Of a stretch of DNA of 48,672 nt, positions 30,230 to 40,153 are shown one piece after another. How positions within the stretch are numbered: position 1 is the first letter of the stretch; every line of letters starts with the position of its first letter. The translations under genes and the position numbers were made by a program. The stretch lies in assembly GCA_050952645.1 (NCBI GenBank), contig JBMNLI010000002.1, forward strand, positions 1 to 48,672, given 5' to 3'. A model generated the notes under the pieces. That model made no database searches. It saw only the letters and a program-made list of their open reading frames with translations, and was not told the origin of the DNA. The DNA is from Bdellovibrionota bacterium. GTDB taxonomy: Bacteria > Bdellovibrionota_C > UBA2361 > CAKMMH01.

Positions 30230-32143
30230 ATGAAAAGATTTTTAAGAATAATTTTTTTAGTATTGCTTTTATCTTTATGTGTATCTTGCGCAAGAAAAAG
30301 AAGAGATTATAGTTTTTATAAATACGATAGAGATGCTACAAAAATGAGTAGCTCAGAGCTAAGTTATCAAAGAGCTTATAGAGAGATACAAGAAGACTCT
30401 CTAGAGTGGCAAAAGCCTACGGAAAATGTAGCTATAAGTGAGGCAGATATTCAAAGGCAATACTTGCAATGGGAACTCTGGGGGAGAGACTACGACCTTA
30501 AAGGCGGTTATATAGAAAATAGCGTTATTAAATCGGGCGATGAATTATCGTTTTTAGGAAATTTTAAAGGGAGTTTAGAAGCTTACCAAAGAGCTAAAAT
30601 AGAAAATCTAACGGAAAATGAAAGAGAGGCTCTCGTTGCTAGAATAGCTAGCACCGAGCTAGCTTTAGATAGACCTAATGATGCACTAGCTACTATAAGC
30701 AACTATATAAAAGATAGCCGGATAGCTATTGAAGATGTAAATAAGTATTTCGCTTTAATATTAGCTTACGCTTACGGGAGGGCGTCAAATTTCGACCAAA
30801 GCCTCGCTTGGTTTTCAAAAGTAAATAGACTAGAGCAAGATAGAACGCTAGCAGGAAAGTCTGCAAAATTAGGAGCTTCGATGCTTCTCTCATCTGTAAG
30901 CGATAACGATTTAGAAAGTCTTTCGATGAAATGGGGAGGCGATTCCTTTGTTTATAATTTAATAGGTATAGAAAGACAAAAAAGAATGGCTAGTGGGCAA
31001 AGCACATTTGCCATGGGGGCTGAGCCTTTTTGGAGCGTTCAAAATAACGATGAAAGCATGATGCCTATCGCTCAAAGCGATAAAAAAGTTATAGCTGTGC
31101 TTCTTCCTCTTAGTGGAAAATATAAAAAGCTAGGAGAAAATACTAAAAAAGGCATAAGCCTAGCTACTAGTAGCATGTTAAGTAATCAAGGTTTCGAAAT
31201 AAATTTTTTTGATACTAAAGGAGATGCTTATTATGCAGAAAATTTAGTAAATCAAATTTTGCAAAACCAAAATGTAGTAATGTTTTTAGGTCCATTGCTA
31301 TCAGATGTATCTGAGAGAGTTAGCTACCTAGTAAGAAACGCTGAAATTCCAATGCTTACTTTTTCAAAGAGTGATAGTTTAGAGCTAGGCTATGGAGTTT
31401 TTAGGTTAGGGATTACGCCAGAGTCTGAAATAAACTCGCTAATAAGCGCACTTACTAAATATAGGAATATTACTAGGTATGCTGTAATTTATCCTGAAAA
31501 TGATAAGGGCAATCTATATTTAAGTGAGTTTAAAAAAATAATACCAAACTGGCAAGGAGCGGAGCTAGTTTACGAAGGCTCTTATTATCCCGATGATTCT
31601 AACTCGTTTCTTTTAATAGCATCAGATTTAGAGAGAAGAGGAGTAGAGGCAGTATTGATTCCCGACAGTTTAAGAACGGTTGCAAAATTTAAATATAGCT
31701 TATCTCCAAGCCTTAAAAGCAAGCTTTTAGTAATAGGTCCTTCTAGTTGGGATAATCAAGACCAGTTAATCTCGGCTAGTGCTGCGCTAGATGGCTTAAT
31801 ATTTATAAGTCCTTTTTTTGATAAGGACAAAAGGGAATTAGTCTCAAAATTTGTAAGTCTTTACCAGGCTAAGTATAAGGAAAAGCCCGACTTTTTATCT
31901 GCACAAGGTTTTGATGCCATTACGATGATTTTTGCATCTATAAAGATAGCGCTTGAAGAATCTTCTAACATTGAGGAGGCTTTTTCAAAAATAAACTCCT
32001 ATAATGGTTTAACGGGATTGATTCAAGTAGAAGATAATGGAGATATTCATAGGGGATTAACCGTTGTAGAGTGGAAGAATAGAACTAGAGAAGATATATC
32101 TACAATAGTGCCTCAAGTAAAAAATAAATATATATTTCAATAA
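30230..32143 (+). CDS. LpoA/LppC-like penicillin-binding protein activator lipoprotein
   Basis: Lipobox CVSC, TPR-like helices, then a type I periplasmic-binding fold (IAVLLPLSG, FDTKG, LGPLLS, AQGFDA, GLTG). Confidence 0.8.
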   Translation: MKRFLRIIFLVLLLSLCVSCARKRRDYSFYKYDRDATKMSSSELSYQRAYREIQEDSLEWQKPTENVAISEADIQRQYLQWELWGRDYDLKGGYIENSVIKSGDELSFLGNFKGSLEAYQRAKIENLTENEREALVARIASTELALDRPNDALATISNYIKDSRIAIEDVNKYFALILAYAYGRASNFDQSLAWFSKVNRLEQDRTLAGKSAKLGASMLLSSVSDNDLESLSMKWGGDSFVYNLIGIERQKRMASGQSTFAMGAEPFWSVQNNDESMMPIAQSDKKVIAVLLPLSGKYKKLGENTKKGISLATSSMLSNQGFEINFFDTKGDAYYAENLVNQILQNQNVVMFLGPLLSDVSERVSYLVRNAEIPMLTFSKSDSLELGYGVFRLGITPESEINSLISALTKYRNITRYAVIYPENDKGNLYLSEFKKIIPNWQGAELVYEGSYYPDDSNSFLLIASDLERRGVEAVLIPDSLRTVAKFKYSLSPSLKSKLLVIGPSSWDNQDQLISASAALDGLIFISPFFDKDKRELVSKFVSLYQAKYKEKPDFLSAQGFDAITMIFASIKIALEESSNIEEAFSKINSYNGLTGLIQVEDNGDIHRGLTVVEWKNRTREDISTIVPQVKNKYIFQ

Positions 32144-32311
32144 TTGGTGATTTTGATTCTTTATGTTTAAAGTGCGTTTTAATAGTGCATTTAATAGTGC
32201 ATTTAATAGTGCGCTTTAAAGTGATCAATTAGCAAAAAAATTTGTTGTCGTTTTATTGTTGTATTATTGTTGTATTATTGTTGTTTTGTTGTTTTTAAAA
32301 GTTAAGGTTAT

Positions 32312-34666
32312 ATGTCTAAGGTAAGTAAAAAAAACGTTAATACTAAGGCGAAAAAAGAAGTGGTCATAAAAAATATTCCAGTGCTTCCGCTTTTAGATTT
32401 AGTCGCATTTCCAGCCGTATCGCATTCGTTATTATTAGTAAAGAAAAAGTCGATTTCAGTAGTAAGCAGTGCTATAAAAAATAATTCTTCAATTTTCTTA
32501 GTTGCACAAAAAAATTTAGAAGCTTTAGAAGATATTAAAAAAAATGATTTATATTCTATTGGAGTTATAGCAAAAATTTTACGTGTTATGGACGAGGGGG
32601 AAAACGGCATTAGAGTTCACGTAGAGGGAGAAAGCAAAGCTAAACTTTTAACTTTTACTAACAAAGAAAATTTTTACAAGGGCAATGTCCAAATCGTTAG
32701 CACTAAAGATGATTGCAAAGCGTATTCGGAAAAAATAGGAAAGTTGATGCAACAAATTCTTGGGTTTCTTTCTTTAGAAGTTAGCTACCAGATATTATCT
32801 GAAGAGTTTGTGCAAATGGTTGAAGCCGTTGAAGATCCAATGCAGTTTGCAAATTTGCTATCTGCGTATTATACGTTCGATACGAAAGAAGCTCAAAGTT
32901 TATTAGAAGAAAATGATGTTTATAAAAAGTTAGTAAGGATAAAAGATAAAATAAATTCAGATTTAGAAAGGATTTTGCTTTTAGAAGATATAAAAAATAA
33001 AACCGTCGAGAATATGTCTGAAGACCAGAGAAAATATTATCTAAGAGAGCAAATAAAAACGATCAGAAAAGATTTAGGCGAAGATATAGATGAGGATATT
33101 GAACTAGAAGAGCTTATCTTAAAATCTGAAGCTTTAGCTTTGCCACTAGAAGTTAAAAAGGAAGTGGATTGGCAATTAGGGCGTTTAAAAAGGTTGCAAC
33201 CCGAGATGAGTGAATATGCAGTCATTAGAACTTATTTAGAGTGGGTGTTTGATCTTCCTTGGAATGAGAAAACGAAAGATAATTTTAATTTAAGAAAAGC
33301 AAAAAGAATATTAAATGAAGATCATTACGGGCTAGATGAGATTAAGCAAAGACTTTTAGAATTTTTAAGCGTTAAAAAATTAAAGCAAGATGCTAAAGGA
33401 CCACTTCTCTGCTTAGTAGGGCCTCCAGGGGTTGGAAAAACATCTCTAGGAAAATCTATCGCTAGAGCGTTAGATAGGAAGTTTTTTAGAATCGCTTTAG
33501 GTGGGGTAAGAGATGAGGCTGAAATAAGGGGACATAGGAAAACTTATGTTGGAGCCTTGCCAGGAAGAATTATTCAAGGGCTAAAGCAGGTAAAATCGAA
33601 GAATCCAGTGTTTTTATTAGATGAGATAGATAAGTTAGGAGCAGATTTTAGGGGCGACCCGTCGGCTGCGCTTTTAGAGGTTTTAGACCCTGCACAAAAT
33701 AAGGAGTTTAGGGATCATTACATAGACTTAGATTTTGATTTATCGGAGGTTTTATTTATAGCGACTGCAAATAGTTTAGCAACAGTTCCAGCTCCTTTAT
33801 TAGATCGCCTCGAGGTTATAGAAATTTCAGGGTATACGAGCGAAGAGAAGCTTGCTATCGCTAAAAAATACATAGTGCCTAGACAAATGAAAGCTAATGC
33901 TATTTCAAATTTAAATATTACTTTTGATGATAATGCGCTTTTACTAATAATCGATAAATATACTAGAGAGTCGGGCGTTAGAGAGTTAGAAAGAACCATA
34001 GCCGCTATTTGTAGAAAGGTAGCTTATGAATATAATATGAGCGGTAAGGTTAAAAAGAAAATTACTAGACCAGTTGTAAAAAATTATTTAGGCCCTATTA
34101 GATACGATATTGAAATAGTAGAAAAGCATGATGCAGTAGGGTTAGCAAATGGCATGGCTTGGACGGTTGTAGGAGGAGAGCTACTCCCGATAGAGGTTTC
34201 CATAGCTCATGGAACGGGGCATTTAAACTTAACTGGGCAACTTGGAAGTGTTATGCAGGAGTCTGCGCAAACGGCTTTTTTCTACACTAGAGCTAATGCT
34301 AAAAAGTATGGTATAGATGAAGAGTTTTATAAGAATGTAGATGTGCATATCCATGCGCCAAATGGAGCAGTTCCAAAAGATGGACCATCGGCAGGCGTTA
34401 CGATTTGCACGGCATTGATATCTGCTTTAATAAACAAGAAAGTTCCACATAAGATTGCGATGACAGGGGAGATTACGTTAAGAGGAAATGTTCTTCCCGT
34501 AGGTGGTATAAAAGAAAAAGTTTTAGGTGCTATTAGGCATGGAGTAAACACTATATTTGTTCCAAAAGAAAATCTTGCAGATATTCCTAAGGTTAAAGAG
34601 AAGGTTAAGTTTATAGGCGTTGAGCACGTTTCTGAAATATTATCGGAAGCTCTTTCTTTAAAGTAA
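32312..34666 (+). CDS. lon: ATP-dependent Lon protease
   Basis: Motifs GPPGVGKTS, RDEAEIRGHR, PKDGPSAG and PVGGIKEK. Confidence 0.97.
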   Translation: MSKVSKKNVNTKAKKEVVIKNIPVLPLLDLVAFPAVSHSLLLVKKKSISVVSSAIKNNSSIFLVAQKNLEALEDIKKNDLYSIGVIAKILRVMDEGENGIRVHVEGESKAKLLTFTNKENFYKGNVQIVSTKDDCKAYSEKIGKLMQQILGFLSLEVSYQILSEEFVQMVEAVEDPMQFANLLSAYYTFDTKEAQSLLEENDVYKKLVRIKDKINSDLERILLLEDIKNKTVENMSEDQRKYYLREQIKTIRKDLGEDIDEDIELEELILKSEALALPLEVKKEVDWQLGRLKRLQPEMSEYAVIRTYLEWVFDLPWNEKTKDNFNLRKAKRILNEDHYGLDEIKQRLLEFLSVKKLKQDAKGPLLCLVGPPGVGKTSLGKSIARALDRKFFRIALGGVRDEAEIRGHRKTYVGALPGRIIQGLKQVKSKNPVFLLDEIDKLGADFRGDPSAALLEVLDPAQNKEFRDHYIDLDFDLSEVLFIATANSLATVPAPLLDRLEVIEISGYTSEEKLAIAKKYIVPRQMKANAISNLNITFDDNALLLIIDKYTRESGVRELERTIAAICRKVAYEYNMSGKVKKKITRPVVKNYLGPIRYDIEIVEKHDAVGLANGMAWTVVGGELLPIEVSIAHGTGHLNLTGQLGSVMQESAQTAFFYTRANAKKYGIDEEFYKNVDVHIHAPNGAVPKDGPSAGVTICTALISALINKKVPHKIAMTGEITLRGNVLPVGGIKEKVLGAIRHGVNTIFVPKENLADIPKVKEKVKFIGVEHVSEILSEALSLK

Positions 34667-34864
34667 AAACTCTTTAAAGTAAAATTGCTTTAAAGTAAAA
34701 AAAATTTTATCCTTTAAGTTTTAGGCTAAGTTTTAGGCTAAGTTTTAGGCGAGGCTTTTGCTCTGTTTAACGCTCTATCTTTTTTAATCACTTTTTTTAG
34801 TTTGAGAGTTTAGATTAAGAATTTAGTTTGAGAGTTTTTTAGGGCTTTAATAAAGAAATGCATT

Positions 34865-35938
34865 ATGAAATTAAGTAATTTTATTATATATTTTCTTTTA
34901 ATATCTTTAGTAGTAGTAGAGGCTCTTTATGCTAAAGATATGCGATGCGAGTATATAACTAGGAGGGGGAGAAAGGTAGTAGTCGATGATATTCGTAAAG
35001 TTCCAAGGATGTATAGAAGCGGTGTATATTGCGTGAGCTTAAATGCAAGTAGTGCTGTTAGTAGTAATGGAAATTATAATATAAAAAGTAATATAAAAAA
35101 TAAAGCAAATAGCAATCAAGACGATGAGGAGAATTTAGCGCTTCCAAACGAGATCAAGCTTAAAGGAAAAGAGGGAAATGATACCGTTTATACATCGCTA
35201 GGAAATGTAAAAATAAAATGGTCTAGAGAGGTAAAATCTCTTTTAGGAAAAAATCCGCAAAGAGTTATTAGCAATGCGATGAGTGCTGCTAACAGGGCTA
35301 TTCGCTCATCTTCTTTTAATCAAAAGTTAGGGGATTTAAATTTAGATTGGAATATAGTTTTTTTTGGAAAAGATATTCCAAGTAAGCAAGTGCCATCGTA
35401 TTTGATTACGAATTGTCATCCTGGGTGGATGGTGCCACCAAATAATATTTATATAGCGGTAGATAGAGTGTATAATGGTTGTGGAAGTAGGATTTCTAGG
35501 AATAAAGGAGCGTTAGAACAGACAATAGGTGATGCCGAGTTAGAGCACGTTATATTGCATGAGATAGGGCATGCAGTGGAGTATCAATTATTAAGTAAAA
35601 ACTTATTAAGTAAAAATTTATCAAATGAAAACTTATCAGGCGAAAATTTATTAAGCGAAAATTTATTAAGTGAGAGCATTAGAGATTTAAAAAGGTCTGA
35701 GGGGTTTGCTACTTGGTTTTCTATTTTTAGTGCTAAGTATTCTAATAAGCTAGATAGCGATGCTTTGCTTTCTTATTATAAGGGGCTTTCAGATGAGGCG
35801 ATAAGAAGAGAGCCTAAAACTTTCGTTTTTAGTGGCTCTAGCTATGATTATGCAAGGGCTGCTATGTATTTTTGCGAAATAGAGAAAAAAAGGGGAGTTA
35901 GTGGGATTTTAAAGTTATATGAGAAAATCAGAGAATAA
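34865..35938 (+). CDS. Secreted zincin-like protein (HExxH)
   Basis: Signal peptide, ILHEIGHAVE and downstream SEGFA. Ends just before a MITE end remnant. Confidence 0.7.
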   Translation: MKLSNFIIYFLLISLVVVEALYAKDMRCEYITRRGRKVVVDDIRKVPRMYRSGVYCVSLNASSAVSSNGNYNIKSNIKNKANSNQDDEENLALPNEIKLKGKEGNDTVYTSLGNVKIKWSREVKSLLGKNPQRVISNAMSAANRAIRSSSFNQKLGDLNLDWNIVFFGKDIPSKQVPSYLITNCHPGWMVPPNNIYIAVDRVYNGCGSRISRNKGALEQTIGDAELEHVILHEIGHAVEYQLLSKNLLSKNLSNENLSGENLLSENLLSESIRDLKRSEGFATWFSIFSAKYSNKLDSDALLSYYKGLSDEAIRREPKTFVFSGSSYDYARAAMYFCEIEKKRGVSGILKLYEKIRE

Positions 35939-35946
35939 TATGGGAA

Positions 35947-35997
35947 GGTGAGTGATACTAATTTTAAGGTCTTTAACCATTTAAAACGTGAAGAGCC
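35947..35997 (-). mobile_element. Solo end of the ISL3-type MITE, inverted
   Basis: Closely matches the reverse complement of 39623-39675 (GAGTGATACTAATTTTAAGGTCTT...TTAAAA(C/T)GTGAAGAGCC). Confidence 0.8.
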
Positions 35998-36051
35998 GTT
36001 AAATATTACGTTTACGACTAATATTTTTAATGAATATTTTCAAAAGACTAC

Positions 36052-36080
36052 TTGATTTGTTTCTTTATAATCTGTAGACT
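36052..36080 (+). promoter_or_regulatory. Putative sigma70 promoter of rpmI-rplT
   Basis: TTGATT-17 nt-TAGACT. Confidence 0.4.
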
Positions 36081-36179
36081 AAGTAAGTTATTTAACTTTT
36101 AAAATTTAATTAGTAAAAGTTTAAGAATTAAAATTTATAAATTTAGGTATAATAGTTTTTTTTATTGTGAGAGTTTAGT

Positions 36180-36377
36180 ATGCCAAAGATAAAGACAAAT
36201 AAGTCGGTAGTTAGAAAATTTAAAATCAATGCAGCTGGTAAAGTTTTGCGTAAGCAAGCTTTTAAGAGCCACAATACTGCTAAAAAAACACCTAAGAGAG
36301 TTCGTCAATTAAGAGGATTAGTTGCTACTTTTAAAGGAGATGCAAGAAAGGTTAAAAAAGTATTGCCTTATGCATAA
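36180..36377 (+). CDS. rpmI: 50S ribosomal protein L35
   Basis: MPKIKTNKS..RKFK...KSHNTAKK...LPYA, upstream of rplT. Confidence 0.95.
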   Translation: MPKIKTNKSVVRKFKINAAGKVLRKQAFKSHNTAKKTPKRVRQLRGLVATFKGDARKVKKVLPYA

Positions 36378-36432
36378 GTGATTTTGATGATTTAATTATT
36401 TTTTTAGATGGAATGTAAGGAGATAGTTTAAG

Positions 36433-36786
36433 ATGCGTGTAAAGAGAGGATTTGTAAATAAGAGAAAACATAATAAGATTTTTAAATTAGCAAAAGGCTT
36501 TAAAGGACGTCGTAAAAATTGTTATTCATTAGCGAAAGATGCTGTGCATCGTAGTCTAGTATTTGCTACTAGAGATAGACGCACTAGGAAGAGAGATTTT
36601 CGTCGTTTATGGAATATTAGAATTAGTGCTGCTTGTAAAGCTTTAGGGACGAGTTATAGCCGTTTTATTTACGGGTTAAAGAAAGCTAATATATCATTAG
36701 ATAGAAAAATCCTAGCTAACATTGCTGCAAGCGATACTAATACTTTTGCAGAGCTAGTAAAGATAGCTAGTGCTAAAGATGCTTAA
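36433..36786 (+). CDS. rplT: 50S ribosomal protein L20
   Basis: MRVKRG...LAKGF...RDRR.RKRDFRRLWNIRISAA...LDRKILA. Confidence 0.97.
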   Translation: MRVKRGFVNKRKHNKIFKLAKGFKGRRKNCYSLAKDAVHRSLVFATRDRRTRKRDFRRLWNIRISAACKALGTSYSRFIYGLKKANISLDRKILANIAASDTNTFAELVKIASAKDA

Positions 36787-37208
36787 ATAAGCTCTAAATA
36801 AGCCCTTAATAAAATAGAGGCTTAAAAGAAAATTTATTTAGCTAGTACTAAAGAAGATTTTAAGCTTTATATTTTTGTAGTGTTAAATTAAGAGCATGAA
36901 AGAGTTTAAGGAATTCTTTTATGCTTTTATTTATTTCCTGCTTTTTTTTATTCATTTCTTTTAATTTTTTCCTTTTTTTCTTATCACCTTTTTTCTTTTT
37001 CTTTCTCTTTTCCTTTTTTCAATTTTTTCATTTTTTATTTTTTATTTTTTATTTTTTTCATTTTTTCCTTATCTCCTTTTTCTTCTTTCTTCCTTTTTCT
37101 CTGTTGTCTTTTTCTCTGTTGTTTTTAAATCAAATAGTATAAACTTTTTATTGTAGATAGTTTTAGAGTTGTAAGAATTTATATTCTATTTTTTGTGAGT
37201 TTAAGTGT

Positions 37209-38273
37209 ATGAATCTATCGTTTTTTAAATCGTTAAAATCTGCGATAACAATTTTATGTATTTTAATTTTAATAGTGGTTAGTGTGGCGTATATGTCTGG
37301 GGTTGTGGTATACCCAGGAGAGATTGCGGTAAGGCAGATAAATTTAGGGCCAAAGCAAGGGGTGCAAAAAAAGGTATTATCTTCAGGATTAGTTTGGAAT
37401 ATCCCATTTTATTCTAAAATCTACAAGGTGCCGACTACCGTTCAGACATTATATTTAACTAGGCAAGATGATGATGATAGTGTTAATTTAAGCGAGGAAT
37501 CTCAAGGAGTTTTAGAGGTTCAAACCGTTGATGGAAGTAGTATATTTGCAGATATTTATGTTTTGTATCAGTTTTTAGGTAAAACTGATAATTTAAGTAG
37601 GGAGCAAGGGGTATATAATTTGTTAACGCAAGTAGGAGTTTCGAATGATTATTGGCTTCAAAGGGTTAAGACGGCGGTAACGAATGAGTTAAAAAAATCA
37701 TTAGGAAGCTTATCTACATCTGAGTTTTATAATCCTTATAAAAGAGAAAAGGCGGTTATTCAAGCGCAAGCTAAGATAAATGAAAGGTTAAAAAAATATG
37801 GAATACATGTAATCGCTTTGCTTTTAGGGCGTTATACTTATGCTGAAAGTAGGATTGACAATGCGATATTTGAAAAAAACATTCAAGATCAGGAAGAGAG
37901 ATTAAATGCAGCAAGAAAAAGATTAGGCGAGGCGACCGCTAAGACTACAGAGCTTGAAGCAAAGTGGGATGCGAAGATAAAAACTTTGCTAGTAGAAGCA
38001 AATAATGAGGCTATCGTAATAAAGTCGAAAGCAGATTTATATGAGGGGGAGAAGAGAGCGCAGGGCGACTTGCTAGTTAGTAAGGCCATAGCGGAGACTC
38101 AAAAATTAAAGGCTGATGCGCTCTCGAAGTCAGGGGCTGATATGTATGTTGCAAAGGAGTTAGCGCCAATGGTTAAATCTTTAAAGGGTGGAGTAGTAAA
38201 GGGGGTGGATCCTTATAATTTAAAAACTTGGCTTTCAAAGTTTAGCTCTAATAAATCTGAAAAAGGGAGATAG
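37209..38273 (+). CDS. SPFH/band 7 domain membrane protein
   Basis: N-terminal TM, VYPGEIAVRQ, GLVWNIPF, VQTVDG and a C-terminal coiled coil. Confidence 0.8.
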   Translation: MNLSFFKSLKSAITILCILILIVVSVAYMSGVVVYPGEIAVRQINLGPKQGVQKKVLSSGLVWNIPFYSKIYKVPTTVQTLYLTRQDDDDSVNLSEESQGVLEVQTVDGSSIFADIYVLYQFLGKTDNLSREQGVYNLLTQVGVSNDYWLQRVKTAVTNELKKSLGSLSTSEFYNPYKREKAVIQAQAKINERLKKYGIHVIALLLGRYTYAESRIDNAIFEKNIQDQEERLNAARKRLGEATAKTTELEAKWDAKIKTLLVEANNEAIVIKSKADLYEGEKRAQGDLLVSKAIAETQKLKADALSKSGADMYVAKELAPMVKSLKGGVVKGVDPYNLKTWLSKFSSNKSEKGR

Positions 38274-38278
38274 GAAAA

Positions 38279-39358
38279 GTGGCATTATTTAGAAAATTAT
38301 TTTTAGGATTTTGTTTAGTATCTTTTTTAGGCTGTGATGGTTTTTATAAGGAGATGGGGAGCACGGAATATGGCATTAAGTTTAGGATGCTTCCATCGTT
38401 TCTAGGTGGTGGAATATCATCGAACGTTATACAAAAGGGACAAACGGTTTTTTTATTTCCTTGGGATAAGTTATATATATTTGATACTAAAGTGCAAAGT
38501 ATAGAATGGGGAGATGATAAAGACAAGGATGCAAAGAGTGCCGAGAAGAGCTATGTTAAGACTAGGGCTTTAGATGGCAATGAGGTATCTCTTGCAGTTA
38601 GGATAGAGTATCAGATATCGGGAACTGAAAAAGAGCTTATAAATTTAGCTAATAAAATTGCTACTACTAATCAGGGGGTTGATAAGATAGTAAGAAATAT
38701 TGCTAAAGCTGATATAAGAACTTATATGAACGAGCTTAATACGGATCAATTTTTTGATAATAAGGCAAAGTATGATGGGCAAGACAAGGTGTGGATAGCA
38801 ATGCAAAAAAGGCTATCACAATATGGGATTGAGATATTGAGTGTAAATTTAAAGGAGCATAGGTTTGAGAGGACTCTTTTAGATGGAACTATTGATAAGG
38901 CGTATCAGGAAAAGATAAATGAGGTTCAGACGACCGATGAGAAGACTAGAAAGGAAGAGCGTAGAATTAAGGCGATATTAGCTCAGAAAGAGAGTGAATA
39001 CGCAGTTTCTATGGCTCAAAGAAATAAAATAATACAAGAAGCTTTAGGCTATGAGGCTCAAGCAAAGAGTAGGGGAGACAGTTATTTTTTAGCAAAAGAA
39101 AATGAGGCTAAGAAGATTTTAGTAAATGGGAAATTAGAAGCAGAAGGTTTAGATGAGCAAGTAAAGGCTTTGTCTGGAAAGGGTGGTGAAAACGTAGTCA
39201 AGTTAAAGATAGGAAAGGAGTTAAGCGCTTCTCCTTCGACGTTTATTACTATTGGCGATGAAAATAAAAATAGCGTATCCGTTGAAAAGGTAGATACTAA
39301 TGAACTTGTTAAAATGCTAGGAGTTTTAGAGGGAGTAAAAGAGAAAAAAGGAAAATAG
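38279..39358 (+). CDS. SPFH/band 7 domain protein (second of an HflK/HflC-like pair)
   Basis: TEYGIKF, FLFPWD, RALDGNEVSLAVRIEYQI, LSQYGIEI and EALGY coiled coil. Possible lipobox FLGC. Confidence 0.8.
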   Translation: MALFRKLFLGFCLVSFLGCDGFYKEMGSTEYGIKFRMLPSFLGGGISSNVIQKGQTVFLFPWDKLYIFDTKVQSIEWGDDKDKDAKSAEKSYVKTRALDGNEVSLAVRIEYQISGTEKELINLANKIATTNQGVDKIVRNIAKADIRTYMNELNTDQFFDNKAKYDGQDKVWIAMQKRLSQYGIEILSVNLKEHRFERTLLDGTIDKAYQEKINEVQTTDEKTRKEERRIKAILAQKESEYAVSMAQRNKIIQEALGYEAQAKSRGDSYFLAKENEAKKILVNGKLEAEGLDEQVKALSGKGGENVVKLKIGKELSASPSTFITIGDENKNSVSVEKVDTNELVKMLGVLEGVKEKKGK

Positions 39359-39622
39359 AAAAAGGGCAAAAAGATAAAACAAAAAGATAAAGTAGACTCA
39401 AAACAAACTAAAAAATAAATTAAAAAGCAAGCTAAAGAGTAAACTAAAGAGTAAGCTAAAGAACAAACTAAAAAAGCATCGACTACTTTTAGCTAAAAGC
39501 TTTTAGTTGTTTTTAGTTTATTAAGTAAGTATGTAAAAAAACGCTCAGCAAAAAATCCAGAAAAATGGACAGATTGTGCTACGCTTAAATATATTAAAGA
39601 AATTTGCAAAGAGCTAAAAATT

Positions 39623-39846
39623 GGCTCTTCACATTTTAAGGTAGGTTTAAGACCTTAAAATTAGTATCACTCGCCTCGACGAAGCCCAAAAGAAAATTGA
39701 CTTTAAAGGAATTTGCATAAAATAAATTACTTTAAATATAGTTGTAATTTTTCTTTAAACTATAGATAGTTTTCTATAAAAGCCAATTTTCTTTTAAGCT
39801 AACCTAAAAAAACAATTTTTCTAACCCACCTAAAACATGAAGAACC
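39623..39846. mobile_element. 224-bp MITE with ISL3-type terminal inverted repeats and an 8-bp target duplication
   Basis: Left end GGCTCTTCACATTTTAAGGTAGGTT, right end (reverse complement) GGTTCTTCATGTTTTAGGTGGGTT. Flanked by TAAAAATT at 39615-39622 and 39847-39854. Confidence 0.88.
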
Positions 39847-39996
39847 TAAAAATTTAAAATTTTAAATGTATAGTGGCGAAAATTAGGAATTCTTTGTTGC
39901 ATTCAAATCGGGTCGTAAGTTTAAGCTCATAAAAAGATAGGTTTTCTAAGAAGATTGAGATTGATAATAAGCCTTAGTAATAAAAGTAAAAATGAG

Positions 39997-40153
39997 AAGA
40001 TAAGAGTGGCGAATGGATACTAAAGAACCAAAGCAAAAAATATAGTTCTCTTGTATCCATTCGTTGTTCTTAAGGCATAAGCCCTAAAGAGATCCCTTAA
40101 AAATTTCAAAGGGGCTTTAATGGCTTACAACGTTCTAGGAGCAACTTGCAACG
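39997..40153 (-). other. Structured 3' UTR of the 40154-40720 gene: two hairpins plus segments complementary to the 5' UTR
   Basis: CGAATGGATAC/GTATCCATTCG stem (40010-40063) and TAAGCC/GGCTTA stem (40078-40127). Confidence 0.7.

Noticed and set aside
36921..37142. 73-aa Phe-rich ORF
   Set aside because: Artefact of a T-rich tract that lacks stop codons; no RBS.
40118..40153. Integron attC site (ACGTTGTAAGCC on the minus strand)
   Set aside because: No matching inverse core near the stop codon, no repeated attC sites and no integrase.
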